In this document: piece by piece, positions 25,314 through 34,175 of the stretch
How the letters are laid out: each line of letters begins with the position of its first letter
Numbering within the stretch: position 1 is the stretch's first letter
Assembly: GCA_963785415.1 (NCBI GenBank)
Contig: CAWAVB010000002.1
Coordinates: forward strand, 13,434 to 77,433
Direction: 5' to 3'
DNA: 64,000 nucleotides
DNA from: an uncultured Acidimicrobiaceae bacterium
GTDB lineage: Bacteria; Actinomycetota; Acidimicrobiia; Acidimicrobiales; Bog-793
Program-made: the position numbers and the translations under genes
Notes under the pieces: generated by a model
Database searches by the model: none
Told to the model about the DNA's origin: nothing
The model's input: the letters and a program-made list of their open reading frames with translations, nothing else

Positions 25314-26420
25314 TCAGGCGTCGCGGGTCATCATGCGCCAAGCGCCGAGGACCAACCAGACGACGATCCAGCCGACGATGACGGCGATCATCGCCCACGT
25401 CGGCATGGCCGGAATCCCGAGCACCGCCCGGCCGCCGAAGGCGGCATGGACACCGGGGCCGCGACCGCCGACGTTGCCGGCCAGACCGGCGGGTCGGAGC
25501 TGGTCCATCGCCACACCGATGATGAGGCGCTGGCCGTTGAGGAAATACGGGATCTCCACCGTCGCGAGGATCGGCGTGATGATGATCTCGAGCACGATCA
25601 TGAGGACGGTGGAAACCGTTCGCTGGCCGGTGAGCGCGCCGAGGCCCAGGCCGACCAGGAACCCGATCACCACGTCGAGCGTGAACCACAGCCCGATCTT
25701 CACCATCTCGTTCATGGGCGGATTGAGGACCGTGGGCTCGATGCTGAGGTAGCCCGCGTAGATCGCCGGCATGTTCTTGTCAACGAGGATCTTCGTCGCC
25801 TGGCCGTGGGAAACGGGGCCATTCCCGAGGGCCATCTCGACCTGCTGCGGGTGATCGAGGAGCCAGGTGTTGAGCTGGGTCTCGCTGAGGTGAACCGGGA
25901 TGTTCATGCCGTTGTCGTTGATCGTCGTCGCCTGGGGGGAGCCCTCGTAGGCGGTCACCAGGCAGACCATCGCGAACGCCACGGCGATGAGCGGCAACAG
26001 GATGGAAAGGCCGGCAGGGATGCGCGCGACGAACAGTGAAAGCCGCGACCGGCCCGTGATCACAAGGTGGCGGAAGACCCCGTCGACGAGGTCGGTCGTC
26101 CCCGCCGAGGCGCCGAGCGTCGCGGCGATGATGAACCCGAAATCGGCCATCGCGTTCGACAGGGCCGAGAAGACGCTCGGGCTCCCCGCCGGCCCGTAGC
26201 TGTTCGGGTCGACCGCGTGGAACAGCAGCCGGAGGCCGAGGACGAGGACCGGCAGGCCGAGTGTGAGAAGCACCGTGACCACGATGAGGCCCCGGCGCTT
26301 GCGCATCTCGAGCCGCTTCGTCCGAATGAGGTCCCACGTCGGGATCCACGATCCGGCGCCGCGACCCCGTGGCGCCGCGACGACGGACGCCGGAACCGCG
26401 GCGGCGGTTTGGTCGGTCAC
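25314..26420 (-). CDS. ABC-2 type transporter permease
   Basis: Six TM segments with one extracellular loop. GTG 26420 overlaps the ATPase stop codon. Confidence 0.82.
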   Translation of the reverse strand: MTDQTAAAVPASVVAAPRGRGAGSWIPTWDLIRTKRLEMRKRRGLIVVTVLLTLGLPVLVLGLRLLFHAVDPNSYGPAGSPSVFSALSNAMADFGFIIAATLGASAGTTDLVDGVFRHLVITGRSRLSLFVARIPAGLSILLPLIAVAFAMVCLVTAYEGSPQATTINDNGMNIPVHLSETQLNTWLLDHPQQVEMALGNGPVSHGQATKILVDKNMPAIYAGYLSIEPTVLNPPMNEMVKIGLWFTLDVVIGFLVGLGLGALTGQRTVSTVLMIVLEIIITPILATVEIPYFLNGQRLIIGVAMDQLRPAGLAGNVGGRGPGVHAAFGGRAVLGIPAMPTWAMIAVIVGWIVVWLVLGAWRMMTRDA

Positions 26421-27727
26421 GCCTGCTCCCCGAAACGGCTCGTCACCGACAAGAACCAGTCCTCGAGCGACGTGCGCACCTCCTGGAGGCTGTAGACGGA
26501 GATCCCGACCTCGACCAGTCGGCGGTTCAGCTCGGCGACGGCCTCCCGATTCGTCCCGGCGCGCAGCGTCACCGTCAGCGACGTCGCGCCCGCGGCGACG
26601 TCGGCCGCGAGGTTCGCCGCACCGATGACGCCGGCGGCCTTCGCCGGGTCGTCGCAGTCCACCTGCACGACGACGCTCGTCGTGCCGTGCAGTAGCTCCT
26701 CGATCGGCCCCTGACGGATGACGCGGCCGCGATCGACGATTGCCACCGCGTTGCACGTGCGCTCGACCTCGTCGAGGAGGTGCGACGACAGCATCACGGT
26801 CCGGCCCTCAGCGACGAGGCTCTGGATCATGATCCGCATGCTCTGGATGCCGGCCGGGTCGAGCCCGTTCATCGGCTCGTCCAGTATCAGCAGCTCCGGG
26901 TCGCCGAGCAGGCACGCCGCGACCCCGAGGCGCTGGCGCATGCCCATCGAGTACGAAGCGACCTTGTCGTCAGCCCGATCGGTGAGCCCCACGCGGGCAA
27001 GGCCCGGCCCAATCCGGTCTTCGGCGCCGGCGCCGCGTGCCGCAGCGAGCAACAGGAGGTTCTGCCGCCCGGTGAGGTGATCGTGGAAACGAGGCTCGTC
27101 GACGATGGCTCCCACACGGGCGAGCGCCCGGCTGCGCTCGCGGGGCACGGGGACGCCGAGGAGCGACATCGTCCCGCCGTCCGCCCGGGTCAGCCCGAGC
27201 AGGGTCCGGATGAGCGTCGTCTTGCCGGCGCCGTTCGGCCCGAGGCAGCCGAAGGCGCTCCCCCGCGGCACGAGCAGTTCCACGTCGTTGACGGCGACGT
27301 TCGTGCCGAAGCGCTTCGTGAGCCCGTGGGTCTCGACGGCCCAGCCTTGGCCGGTGTCCGGAGGACGCCAGGCGGCCGGCGTCACTGCCGGCTCGAAGGC
27401 GGCCCCAGGCCCGCTCGGCGCGGCGAGTCTTGTGCCGACGGGCCCGGCGGGGTCAGCCCGAGCAGGCTCCGACGGGGGTGGTCCGCCCGGGGAGGCCACG
27501 CCGGCGACCCCGGGGGCGGGGGGCGCGACCGCCGTACCCGGCGGTCCGGCTTCCGGGCGGCCCGCGTGCCGACCCCAGTCGTCCTCCTTGTGACTGGCCT
27601 TCCGTCCGCCGCCCCGGCGGAGGGCGACGATGACGATGATGACGACGACGACGAGGACGATGAGCAGCAAGAACCCGCCGTGGCGCCCGTGCGCCACCGT
27701 CGTCGTCGCCGCCGCGAGGGTCAACAC
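26417..27727 (-). CDS. ABC transporter ATP-binding protein with N-terminal TM helix and Pro/Ala-rich linker
   Basis: GPNGAGKTT, YSMGMRQR, LILDEPMNGLD, SSH. The ~120-aa N-terminal extension is in frame. Confidence 0.88.
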   Translation of the reverse strand: MLTLAAATTTVAHGRHGGFLLLIVLVVVVIIVIVALRRGGGRKASHKEDDWGRHAGRPEAGPPGTAVAPPAPGVAGVASPGGPPPSEPARADPAGPVGTRLAAPSGPGAAFEPAVTPAAWRPPDTGQGWAVETHGLTKRFGTNVAVNDVELLVPRGSAFGCLGPNGAGKTTLIRTLLGLTRADGGTMSLLGVPVPRERSRALARVGAIVDEPRFHDHLTGRQNLLLLAAARGAGAEDRIGPGLARVGLTDRADDKVASYSMGMRQRLGVAACLLGDPELLILDEPMNGLDPAGIQSMRIMIQSLVAEGRTVMLSSHLLDEVERTCNAVAIVDRGRVIRQGPIEELLHGTTSVVVQVDCDDPAKAAGVIGAANLAADVAAGATSLTVTLRAGTNREAVAELNRRLVEVGISVYSLQEVRTSLEDWFLSVTSRFGEQA

Positions 27728-27770
27728 CGGGGGCCGCGATGCTCAGAGGGGTTCGGGCGAGCTGGTTCGG

Positions 27771-28367
27771 TCAAGGCAGGAGGGAGCCGTCCGCGACCGC
27801 CTGCGCCGTCCCCCGGATCGTCTGGCCGCGCTCCTTGGCGGATTTCTCGATGAAGGCGAACGCCTCGGGCTCGGTCATGCTGTGGTCGTCCATCAACAGG
27901 CCCTTCGCCCGGTCGACGGCGAGGCGCGTCTCCCGCCGCTGGGCAAGACCGATCTCGTCGTCGCTCAGCGCGGCGAATTCCGCCTCGAGCGCCTGGGCCT
28001 CGGCGAAGCGGCCGAGGGCGACCTCGATCGCCGGCAGGAGCTCCTCACGCTGGAACGGCTTCACGAGGTAGGCCTGCGCGCCCGCGTCACGGGCCCGCTC
28101 GATGAAGTTGCGCTCGCTGAACGCGGTCAGAATGACGACGGCCGTGCGCACCGAAGAGTGGATCGCGGCCGCGGCCTGGAGCCCGTCCATCCCCGGCATC
28201 TTGATGTCCAAGATGACGAGGTCGGGATGCAGGTTGCGAACGAGCTCGACGGCCTCGTCGCCCCGGCCGGTCGAGCCGACGACTTCGAAGCCCTCCTCCG
28301 CGAGGATCTCGCACAGGTCGAGCCGCACGACGGCCTCGTCCTCGGCGATCACGACGGTTCTTGCCAC
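27771..28367 (-). CDS. ANTAR-domain response regulator (PdtaR/Rv1626-like)
   Basis: Receiver domain (IAEDE, LDIKMPGMDG, VKPF) plus ANTAR (VDRAKGLLM..EPEAFAFI). Confidence 0.92.
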   Translation of the reverse strand: MARTVVIAEDEAVVRLDLCEILAEEGFEVVGSTGRGDEAVELVRNLHPDLVILDIKMPGMDGLQAAAAIHSSVRTAVVILTAFSERNFIERARDAGAQAYLVKPFQREELLPAIEVALGRFAEAQALEAEFAALSDDEIGLAQRRETRLAVDRAKGLLMDDHSMTEPEAFAFIEKSAKERGQTIRGTAQAVADGSLLP

Positions 28368-28454
28368 TTGTCACCCCGTTCCCGTGCTGCCGTTACTGGC
28401 GGAATCGACCAACACACAACTGCTTCGACCGATCGCAAAGCTCCGGACCGGACG

Positions 28455-28757
28455 TTAGACGAGGAGTTCGCCGATCAGCTCATCCTGGGCGCGCTCGAGC
28501 TCGGCAATCGACTGGCGCGCCGCGTCGCGGGTGTGCGCCATCTGGTCGGCGTGGCGTTGCGCCTCGGCAAAGACCTGCGTCGCGAGGGGGGTCTCGGCGA
28601 CGATCGCCCGCACCTTCGCCTCGTCGGCCTGCTCGACGAGCGCGTCGAGCTGCGCCTCGATCACCTCGAGCTCGGCTCGCGCCCGGTCGAGGCGCGCCGA
28701 CACGTCGAACAGCCGCCGCTCTGCGCGTTGGCGGCGATCGGTGAGACCCGGCCGCAT
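28455..28757 (-). CDS. Coiled-coil hypothetical protein
   Basis: Heptad-rich 100-aa ORF; TAGACT -10 element 7 nt before the ATG. Confidence 0.7.
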   Translation of the reverse strand: MRPGLTDRRQRAERRLFDVSARLDRARAELEVIEAQLDALVEQADEAKVRAIVAETPLATQVFAEAQRHADQMAHTRDAARQSIAELERAQDELIGELLV

Positions 28758-28767
28758 GGCGGTCAGT

Positions 28768-29892
28768 CTACGACGGCCCGAAGACCCGGCACCTCGCGGT
28801 CGCCGCCTCGACGACCGCGGCGTCGAGCGCGACACCGAGGCCCGGCGACGCCGGGACGCGGAGCCCGCCGTCGACGAGCTCGTGCGGCGCGGTGATGTCG
28901 GGACGGAAGTAGCGGTCGGAGGCGCCGAGATCGCCCGGCAGGTCGAATCCGTCAAGGGCGCCGACCGCGATCGTCGCGGCCCGGGCGAGGCCCGCCTCGA
29001 GCATCCCCCCGATCGACAGGTGCATCCCCGCCGCGACGCAGGCGTCGTGGACTCGAACCGCGGCGGCGATCCCCCCGAGACGGGCGGGTTTCACGACGAC
29101 ACCCGCACAAGCCCGCGCCCGCAACGCCGCCTCCAGCGCGCCCAGCGAGTCGATCGCCTCGTCGAGGACGACGGGGGTCGCGCACTCGGCGACGAGGCGC
29201 GCCGAACCGGCGAGGTCGTAACGATCGAGCGGCTGCTCGATCGCCGCGAGGCCGAGCGCGTCGATCGCGCGCAGCGCGGCGCGGTGACCCGTGTCCGTTA
29301 GGTCGTAGGAACAGTTGGCGTCGGCGACGAGGATCACGTCCGGGAACTCGCTGCGCAACGCGGCGAGCGGGACAACGTCGCGCCCGGGGGCGACCTTCAG
29401 CTTCACCCGTCGGTAACCGGCCGCGACAGTGGAGCGGGCGGCCGCGACGACCGAGGACGTGACGCCCATCCCGAGCGTCGCCCCCGCGGGGATCGTCGGT
29501 CGGGTGGCGCCGAGCGACGCGGCGAGCGACTGCCCGGCCGAGCGCAGCTCGGCGTCGAGCAACGCCATCTCGAGCGCGGCCTTGGCCATCGGGTTGCCGG
29601 GGACCGCGTTCAAGAGCGCGATGGCGTCTTCCGCCGAGCCGAACTCGGCGGGGCGTCCGTCGCCGAGGAGCAGAGGGATGAGATGCTCGGCGAGCACGGC
29701 CTCCGCCCCGTCGGCGTACTCGTCGGTGTAGTTCGGTTCCACCAGCGCGTCGCACTCGCCGTCGCCGCCGCCGCGCTCCGTCTCGACGTGCACGAGGACG
29801 ACGGGGCGGCGCTCATGGGTCCCGTTGGCGGTCGCCAGCGGCGACACGAGTTCGAGCTCGAGCCGACGGAGCTCGACCGTCCGGATCCTCAT
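28768..29892 (-). CDS. menC: o-succinylbenzoate synthase / N-acylamino acid racemase (enolase superfamily)
   Basis: KLKVAPG (KxK), DAN, EQP, LDE, KPARLGG, GGMLE, GDLGASDRYF. Confidence 0.85.
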   Translation of the reverse strand: MRIRTVELRRLELELVSPLATANGTHERRPVVLVHVETERGGGDGECDALVEPNYTDEYADGAEAVLAEHLIPLLLGDGRPAEFGSAEDAIALLNAVPGNPMAKAALEMALLDAELRSAGQSLAASLGATRPTIPAGATLGMGVTSSVVAAARSTVAAGYRRVKLKVAPGRDVVPLAALRSEFPDVILVADANCSYDLTDTGHRAALRAIDALGLAAIEQPLDRYDLAGSARLVAECATPVVLDEAIDSLGALEAALRARACAGVVVKPARLGGIAAAVRVHDACVAAGMHLSIGGMLEAGLARAATIAVGALDGFDLPGDLGASDRYFRPDITAPHELVDGGLRVPASPGLGVALDAAVVEAATARCRVFGPS

Positions 29893-29937
29893 CGCGCCAG
29901 GTTCGCGCCTCGCCCGCGGCGCCGGCGAGCGGCCCGG

Positions 29938-30207
29938 TTATCGCTGGGCGTGCGCGAGCACCTCACCGACCTCGACGACGCCGGCTGTCACGGAGCCATG
30001 GGGCATTCCGTGGACGATGTCGACGAGTTCCTGGGCGGACAGCTCGTTCTCGAACAAGACCAACGCGGTGCCTTTGTCGTGCGACGTCGCGAGCCAGTAG
30101 CCGGCGACGAACCCCGGCATGGCGCGGATCTGGTCCACCAGACCACCGAGCTCCTGGTCGGCGGCAGCCCGGTCGTTGAACGTCGCCGGGATGACGACTC
30201 CGTGCAT
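29938..30207 (-). CDS. Small dimeric alpha+beta barrel (ABM-like) protein
   Basis: IRAMPGFVAGYWL..GTALVLFE pattern; SD GAGGGGG. Confidence 0.6.
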   Translation of the reverse strand: MHGVVIPATFNDRAAADQELGGLVDQIRAMPGFVAGYWLATSHDKGTALVLFENELSAQELVDIVHGMPHGSVTAGVVEVGEVLAHAQR

Positions 30208-30337
30208 GATGCCCCCCTCGTCAGTGCCCACCTTCACCTGCGGGGAGGCTAACGGCGCAGCGACGGAACGCTGTCCGCGAGCGGTCGACGAAGGACGGCA
30301 CGCCGGTCGGTAACCTTGGTTGATCGACAGCCGTCAG

Positions 30338-30422
<85 letters not shown>

Positions 30423-30510
30423 GAGTATTCCCAGGTCAGTCCGATTAAAGTCGCCCAAATCGGGCGCTGTGGTCACAGCTTGGTCACAACCAGCGGGCTG
30501 GTCCTCTCGG

Positions 30511-30822
30511 TCAGTGCTTCCACACGACGGCAGCCACGAGGTTGATCACCGCAGTCGCGAGCGCTGAGACACCGACGACCGCCGCCACAAATCGGCCGCC
30601 TTGAACCCGCTGCCTGGTGGCTCTGGCCCGCCGGGTCTCGGCTGAAAAGGCTTTGGCAGCCTCCTCGCAGAAGAGGACCACGATCACGAGGACCAACACG
30701 AATCCAACCGTCTTAAGGATCCCGTTCCATGGACTTCCCACGTGCCAGATGAACGTTGAACTGGCCGAGACCGCTGCGAGGATCCCGAGAAACAGCGGGC
30801 CGCCGAATGAGCCACCCAACAA
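30511..30822 (-). CDS. Small 3-TM membrane protein, possibly 5'-truncated
   Basis: Three hydrophobic segments. TTG start directly after an in-frame stop, with no clear RBS. Confidence 0.5.
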   Translation of the reverse strand: MLGGSFGGPLFLGILAAVSASSTFIWHVGSPWNGILKTVGFVLVLVIVVLFCEEAAKAFSAETRRARATRQRVQGGRFVAAVVGVSALATAVINLVAAVVWKH

Positions 30823-30895
30823 CTACACGCAGCCCACCGTGACCGACGGGGGGGTCACCTGGGTGCTCGTCGCGTACAACGACGAGTAAGCCGCC

Positions 30896-31066
30896 GTGCG
30901 AACCTTCCCTCCTCGCGCCTACCGGGACGCCGCGGCGCTCGTGGCTGCCGAGTTCCAAGAGGACATGGACTCTTTCGAGACGATCCTCGACGAGGCCGGG
31001 CCGGCTCTCGCCCGCCCGGGCGTCAAGATGCTGCTCGGCGCGCTCGGGCGCGCCGTGATCGCGTGA
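30896..31066 (+). CDS. 56-aa hypothetical protein (not in the ORF track)
   Basis: GTG..TGA encoding VRTFPPRAYRDAAALVAAEFQEDMDSFETILDEAGPALARPGVKMLLGALGRAVIA with high-GC codon usage. Confidence 0.4.
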   Translation: MRTFPPRAYRDAAALVAAEFQEDMDSFETILDEAGPALARPGVKMLLGALGRAVIA

Positions 31067-31084
31067 CACCATACGCTTTGCCTC

Positions 31085-31603
31085 GTGACAGGCACTCGCC
31101 CCATACCGGGTCCGTCTGTCGAGGTGGCGGCGTGGAATCAAATCAAGCACTGGATGCTCGCGGTCGAGACTCAGCACGAGCGCGTTATGGCTGGGCCGCC
31201 CGTCGGCCTTCCACGCGGCGAGGTGCCCAGAGTGCAGGCCGACATGACGCTTTACATCTTGGCCCTCTACCTCCTCCGACGTGCGGTCGTATTTGCGTCG
31301 AGAGAGGCGGCCGGTGGGGAAGCACTCCTCGAGGCAATCTCAGCATTCGACCAAGCGGTGCCGGACCTGATCTACACCCGCGACTTCATCGAGCACTTCG
31401 ATGACTGGGAACGGGGCGAGGGTCGCAGACAGTCTGTGGGCGAGGACTTTATTCGTGGGCTCGGCATGTCAACTATCGACGTGAGTTTCGGCCACGCGGG
31501 TCGCGGCATCGGCACCTTCGTATCGACTCCGGCCGCGCGGACTCTGTTCAATGCTGCCAGGGACGTTCTCGAACTTCTACCGCCTCAGTGGCGCAGACAG
31601 TGA
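31085..31603 (+). CDS. All-helical hypothetical protein with HEPN-like Rx4H motif (RDFIEH)
   Basis: Helical pattern, TRDFIEHFDDW; TACGCT -10 element 7 nt before the GTG (leaderless). Confidence 0.6.
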   Translation: MTGTRPIPGPSVEVAAWNQIKHWMLAVETQHERVMAGPPVGLPRGEVPRVQADMTLYILALYLLRRAVVFASREAAGGEALLEAISAFDQAVPDLIYTRDFIEHFDDWERGEGRRQSVGEDFIRGLGMSTIDVSFGHAGRGIGTFVSTPAARTLFNAARDVLELLPPQWRRQ

Positions 31604-31842
31604 CCACCGGAGCAGGAGAGTTCGAGCGACTGGTCGAGTTCCGAACTGAGCAGCGCGGGTATTTGGGCGCTACGGCGCGCGTGCGCCTACCTGTCCGAAT
31701 TCATCTCGCGATTGTCGGCAGCGAAACAACGCTGTGCGGTCGGAAACGCGCCGAGCTGGAAAAGGCCGAAGCCGAGGTCGGAGGGTACAGAGCGCTTTGC
31801 GTCGTGTGCCGAGGGGCCCGCACACGGATGGAGAATCCCTAG
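31600..31842 (+). CDS. Small zinc-binding-like protein (H..TLCG..CxxC)
   Basis: GTGA overlap with the upstream gene; IHLA..TLCG..CVVC. Confidence 0.6.
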   Translation: MTTGAGEFERLVEFRTEQRGYLGATARVRLPVRIHLAIVGSETTLCGRKRAELEKAEAEVGGYRALCVVCRGARTRMENP

Positions 31843-31850
31843 ACGTCTAG

Positions 31851-33529
31851 CTCTGATCGTTCACGAGACCGTGTGAGCTGACCGGCGCGTATCCGCGAAA
31901 AGGCCCTTCTTGCAGGGGAGACTGTTGTTGACAAAGCAACGTCCACCCCAACAAGAAGGGCACTTCCGAGATGGAAACTACCAGCGCGCGGTCGGTCGTC
32001 GTGGAACCCGGTGGAACGGGTGTCGTCGCTCACGTCGGGCTGCACTCTCTTTGTGCCTTCGCCGACCGGTTGGGCCTCGGTGATTCGCTCTCGTCCGCGA
32101 TCCCCGTTCGCGGTGAGCGCTCTCCGCTGCACGACCGCGGCAAGGTGCTCGTGCACCAGATGGCGGTGCTCGCCGGCGGCGGCGAGAGCTGCGCGGACGT
32201 CGAGTACCTCCGCGCCGAGGAGACGCTGTTCGGGTTCGTCCCCTCGGACTCGACGGTGTGGCGCACCTTCCACGAGATCGCACCGACGACGCGCGCCGCG
32301 CTGAAGGTGTCGCTCGCCGAAGTGCGGGAGAAGGTCTGGCGTCGTTTGGCAGCGACGACTGGGACCGATCCCGTTGTGCTCGACATCGACGCCTCTCTCG
32401 TCGAGGTCCACAATGAGGGGAAGGAGGGCACCGGCCCGAACTACAAGGGCGGGTATGGCTTCCATCCGCTCCTTCTGTTCGCGGACGCGACGGGCGAGGC
32501 GCTGTCTTCGATGCTGCGCCCGGGCAACGCGGGGGCGAACACCGTCGCGGACCACCTCGTCGTTCTCGACGAGGGCGTCGCCCAGTTGCCAGACGAGATC
32601 GCATCGGGGCACCACCTCGACGACGAGCGCTCCCTCGTCGGTCGCGAGGTCGTGATCCGCTCGGACTCGGCCGGCTGCACCGAGGACTTCCTTTCCGGAT
32701 GTCGGGCGCGCAACATCGGCTTTTCGGTCGTCGCGCGGCGAAACGCCCAGGTGGAGGCGGCGATCTTCGACGCGATCGGGATGGAAAAGTGCTGGGCCCC
32801 GGCGGTCCGCCAGGACGGAGAGCTGCGCGAAGGCGCGGCGGTGATCGAGCTCACCAGTCTGGTCGACCTGCCCGCCTATCCCGAGGGCACTCGCCTCATC
32901 GTCCGGCGTGAGCCGCTCCATCCCGGTGCGCAGCAGAGCCTCTTCCCCTCCTTGGAGTTCCGCTACTGGGGCTTCTACACCGACCAGGCCGGCGACCCCG
33001 TCGTCCTCGACGCCTTCATGCGCGCCCACGCGCACGTCGAGGAGCACATCTCGAGGCTGAAGGACTCCGGGCTCTGCCGCTTCCCGTTCTCGGATCTCGA
33101 GGCCAACAGAAACTGGCTCTTCGCCGTGTGCGCCGCAGCCGATCTCGTGCGCTGGTTCCAGCTGCTCTGCTTGGACGGTGACCTCCAGCTCGCCCGGCCG
33201 AAGGCGCTGCGGTGGTCGTTCTTCCACGCGCCGGGCCGCCTCGTCCGCTCGGCGCGTCGTGAGATCGTCCGCATCCTCGATGGCTGGCCGACGGCGGACG
33301 ACCTCCTCGCCGCCTACCGGCGCATCGCGCTTCTCACCTGACCGCCTCCACCCCGACGCGTCGGGCATCGGGTGGTCCTGTCGCGTCCATCCGCCAGCCG
33401 GGAGCGATCTGCACCGGCGAAATGGCGAGCGACTCCACGGCTGAGTTGCCGAAATCAGCAAACCTCGGTCGAGGGTCCGTTGCTCAATGCGCGGACAACC
33501 TGTTCAGGCATTCTCGTGAACGATCGGAG
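31851..33529 (+). mobile_element. IS1380-family insertion sequence, 1679 bp
   Basis: 18-bp IRs CTCTGATCGTTCACGAGA (31851-31868) / TCTCGTGAACGATCGGAG (33512-33529) with 1 mismatch; CTAG target duplication at 31847-31850 and 33530-33533. Confidence 0.92.
31971..33341 (+). CDS. IS1380-family DDE transposase
   Basis: VLDIDASLVEVH..GPNYKGGYGFHPL, IRSDSAG, HAHVEEHI..LKD..RFPF..ANRNW. Confidence 0.92.
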   Translation: METTSARSVVVEPGGTGVVAHVGLHSLCAFADRLGLGDSLSSAIPVRGERSPLHDRGKVLVHQMAVLAGGGESCADVEYLRAEETLFGFVPSDSTVWRTFHEIAPTTRAALKVSLAEVREKVWRRLAATTGTDPVVLDIDASLVEVHNEGKEGTGPNYKGGYGFHPLLLFADATGEALSSMLRPGNAGANTVADHLVVLDEGVAQLPDEIASGHHLDDERSLVGREVVIRSDSAGCTEDFLSGCRARNIGFSVVARRNAQVEAAIFDAIGMEKCWAPAVRQDGELREGAAVIELTSLVDLPAYPEGTRLIVRREPLHPGAQQSLFPSLEFRYWGFYTDQAGDPVVLDAFMRAHAHVEEHISRLKDSGLCRFPFSDLEANRNWLFAVCAAADLVRWFQLLCLDGDLQLARPKALRWSFFHAPGRLVRSARREIVRILDGWPTADDLLAAYRRIALLT

Positions 33530-33573
33530 CTAGGCATTTGCCGCGGCGTAGGCTCGGGACGAAAGGGGACACG

Positions 33574-33894
33574 ATGAAGATCGAATACTCCGGACCCCGA
33601 GGCGGTGCGGTGCAGCTGACCCGACACCTCGCCGACGCGGGGATCGAGATTGTCAAGCAAGAGAAGTCGTCGGGCGGCGGATTCGAGAAGCGCGGCGGAG
33701 TAGGCCCGGCGCCCGAGCCACTCGTGCACGTGACTTACATTCTCGGATGGATGGTCGGCGCGGGAGCAGCGGGAGAGATTGGTCGTCAGCTAATGAGTGC
33801 CGCCATTGAGGGGATAAAGGCGCGGGTCGAATCCGCGACTCATGGACGAGGGAAGATCACCGTGCGCGAGGAGGAGGAAGACGCCTCCGAATGA
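33574..33894 (+). CDS. 106-aa hypothetical protein with a central Gly/Ala-rich hydrophobic helix
   Basis: SD AAGGGG and TAGGCT -10 element upstream; clean ORF. Confidence 0.65.
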   Translation: MKIEYSGPRGGAVQLTRHLADAGIEIVKQEKSSGGGFEKRGGVGPAPEPLVHVTYILGWMVGAGAAGEIGRQLMSAAIEGIKARVESATHGRGKITVREEEEDASE

Positions 33895-33912
33895 CGGGCG
33901 CGCCGCAAAGTT

Positions 33913-33960
33913 CCTAGACGTCTAGGCGATTCGCCGTAGGTAGGCTCGCGGGGGAAGGGG
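33913..33960 (+). promoter_or_regulatory. Palindrome-promoter module CCTAGACGTCTAGG-N13-GTAGGCTCG..AAGGGG (second copy 31838-31850 + 33534-33568, split by the IS)
   Basis: Perfect 14-bp palindrome, TANNNT -10 element and SD, with the same 13-nt palindrome-to-GTAGGCTCG spacing in both copies. Confidence 0.75.
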
Positions 33961-33965
33961 TCACC

Positions 33966-34139
33966 ATGGCGAGATCACTCACGAGTCAGCTCTACCGGGC
34001 TGCGCGCTTTTCGAACAACCTCCGCGCCGCCTCGCGGGGTCCGGGCGCCTACGCGAAGCGGGTCGTGCGCCGGAAGGCTTACGGCCGGTCGATGGGGCTC
34101 ACTGGCTCGATCCTCAAAGCGTTTGGGCTGCGAAAGTAG
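33966..34139 (+). CDS. 57-aa highly basic small protein (not in the ORF track)
   Basis: MARSLTSQLYRAARFSNNLRAASRGPGAYAKRVVRRKAYGRSMGLTGSILKAFGLRK; SD AAGGGG 5 nt upstream. Confidence 0.7.
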   Translation: MARSLTSQLYRAARFSNNLRAASRGPGAYAKRVVRRKAYGRSMGLTGSILKAFGLRK

Positions 34140-34175
34140 CCGCACTCTCACCCCTCGCCCGCCGTTTGCGTCGAT

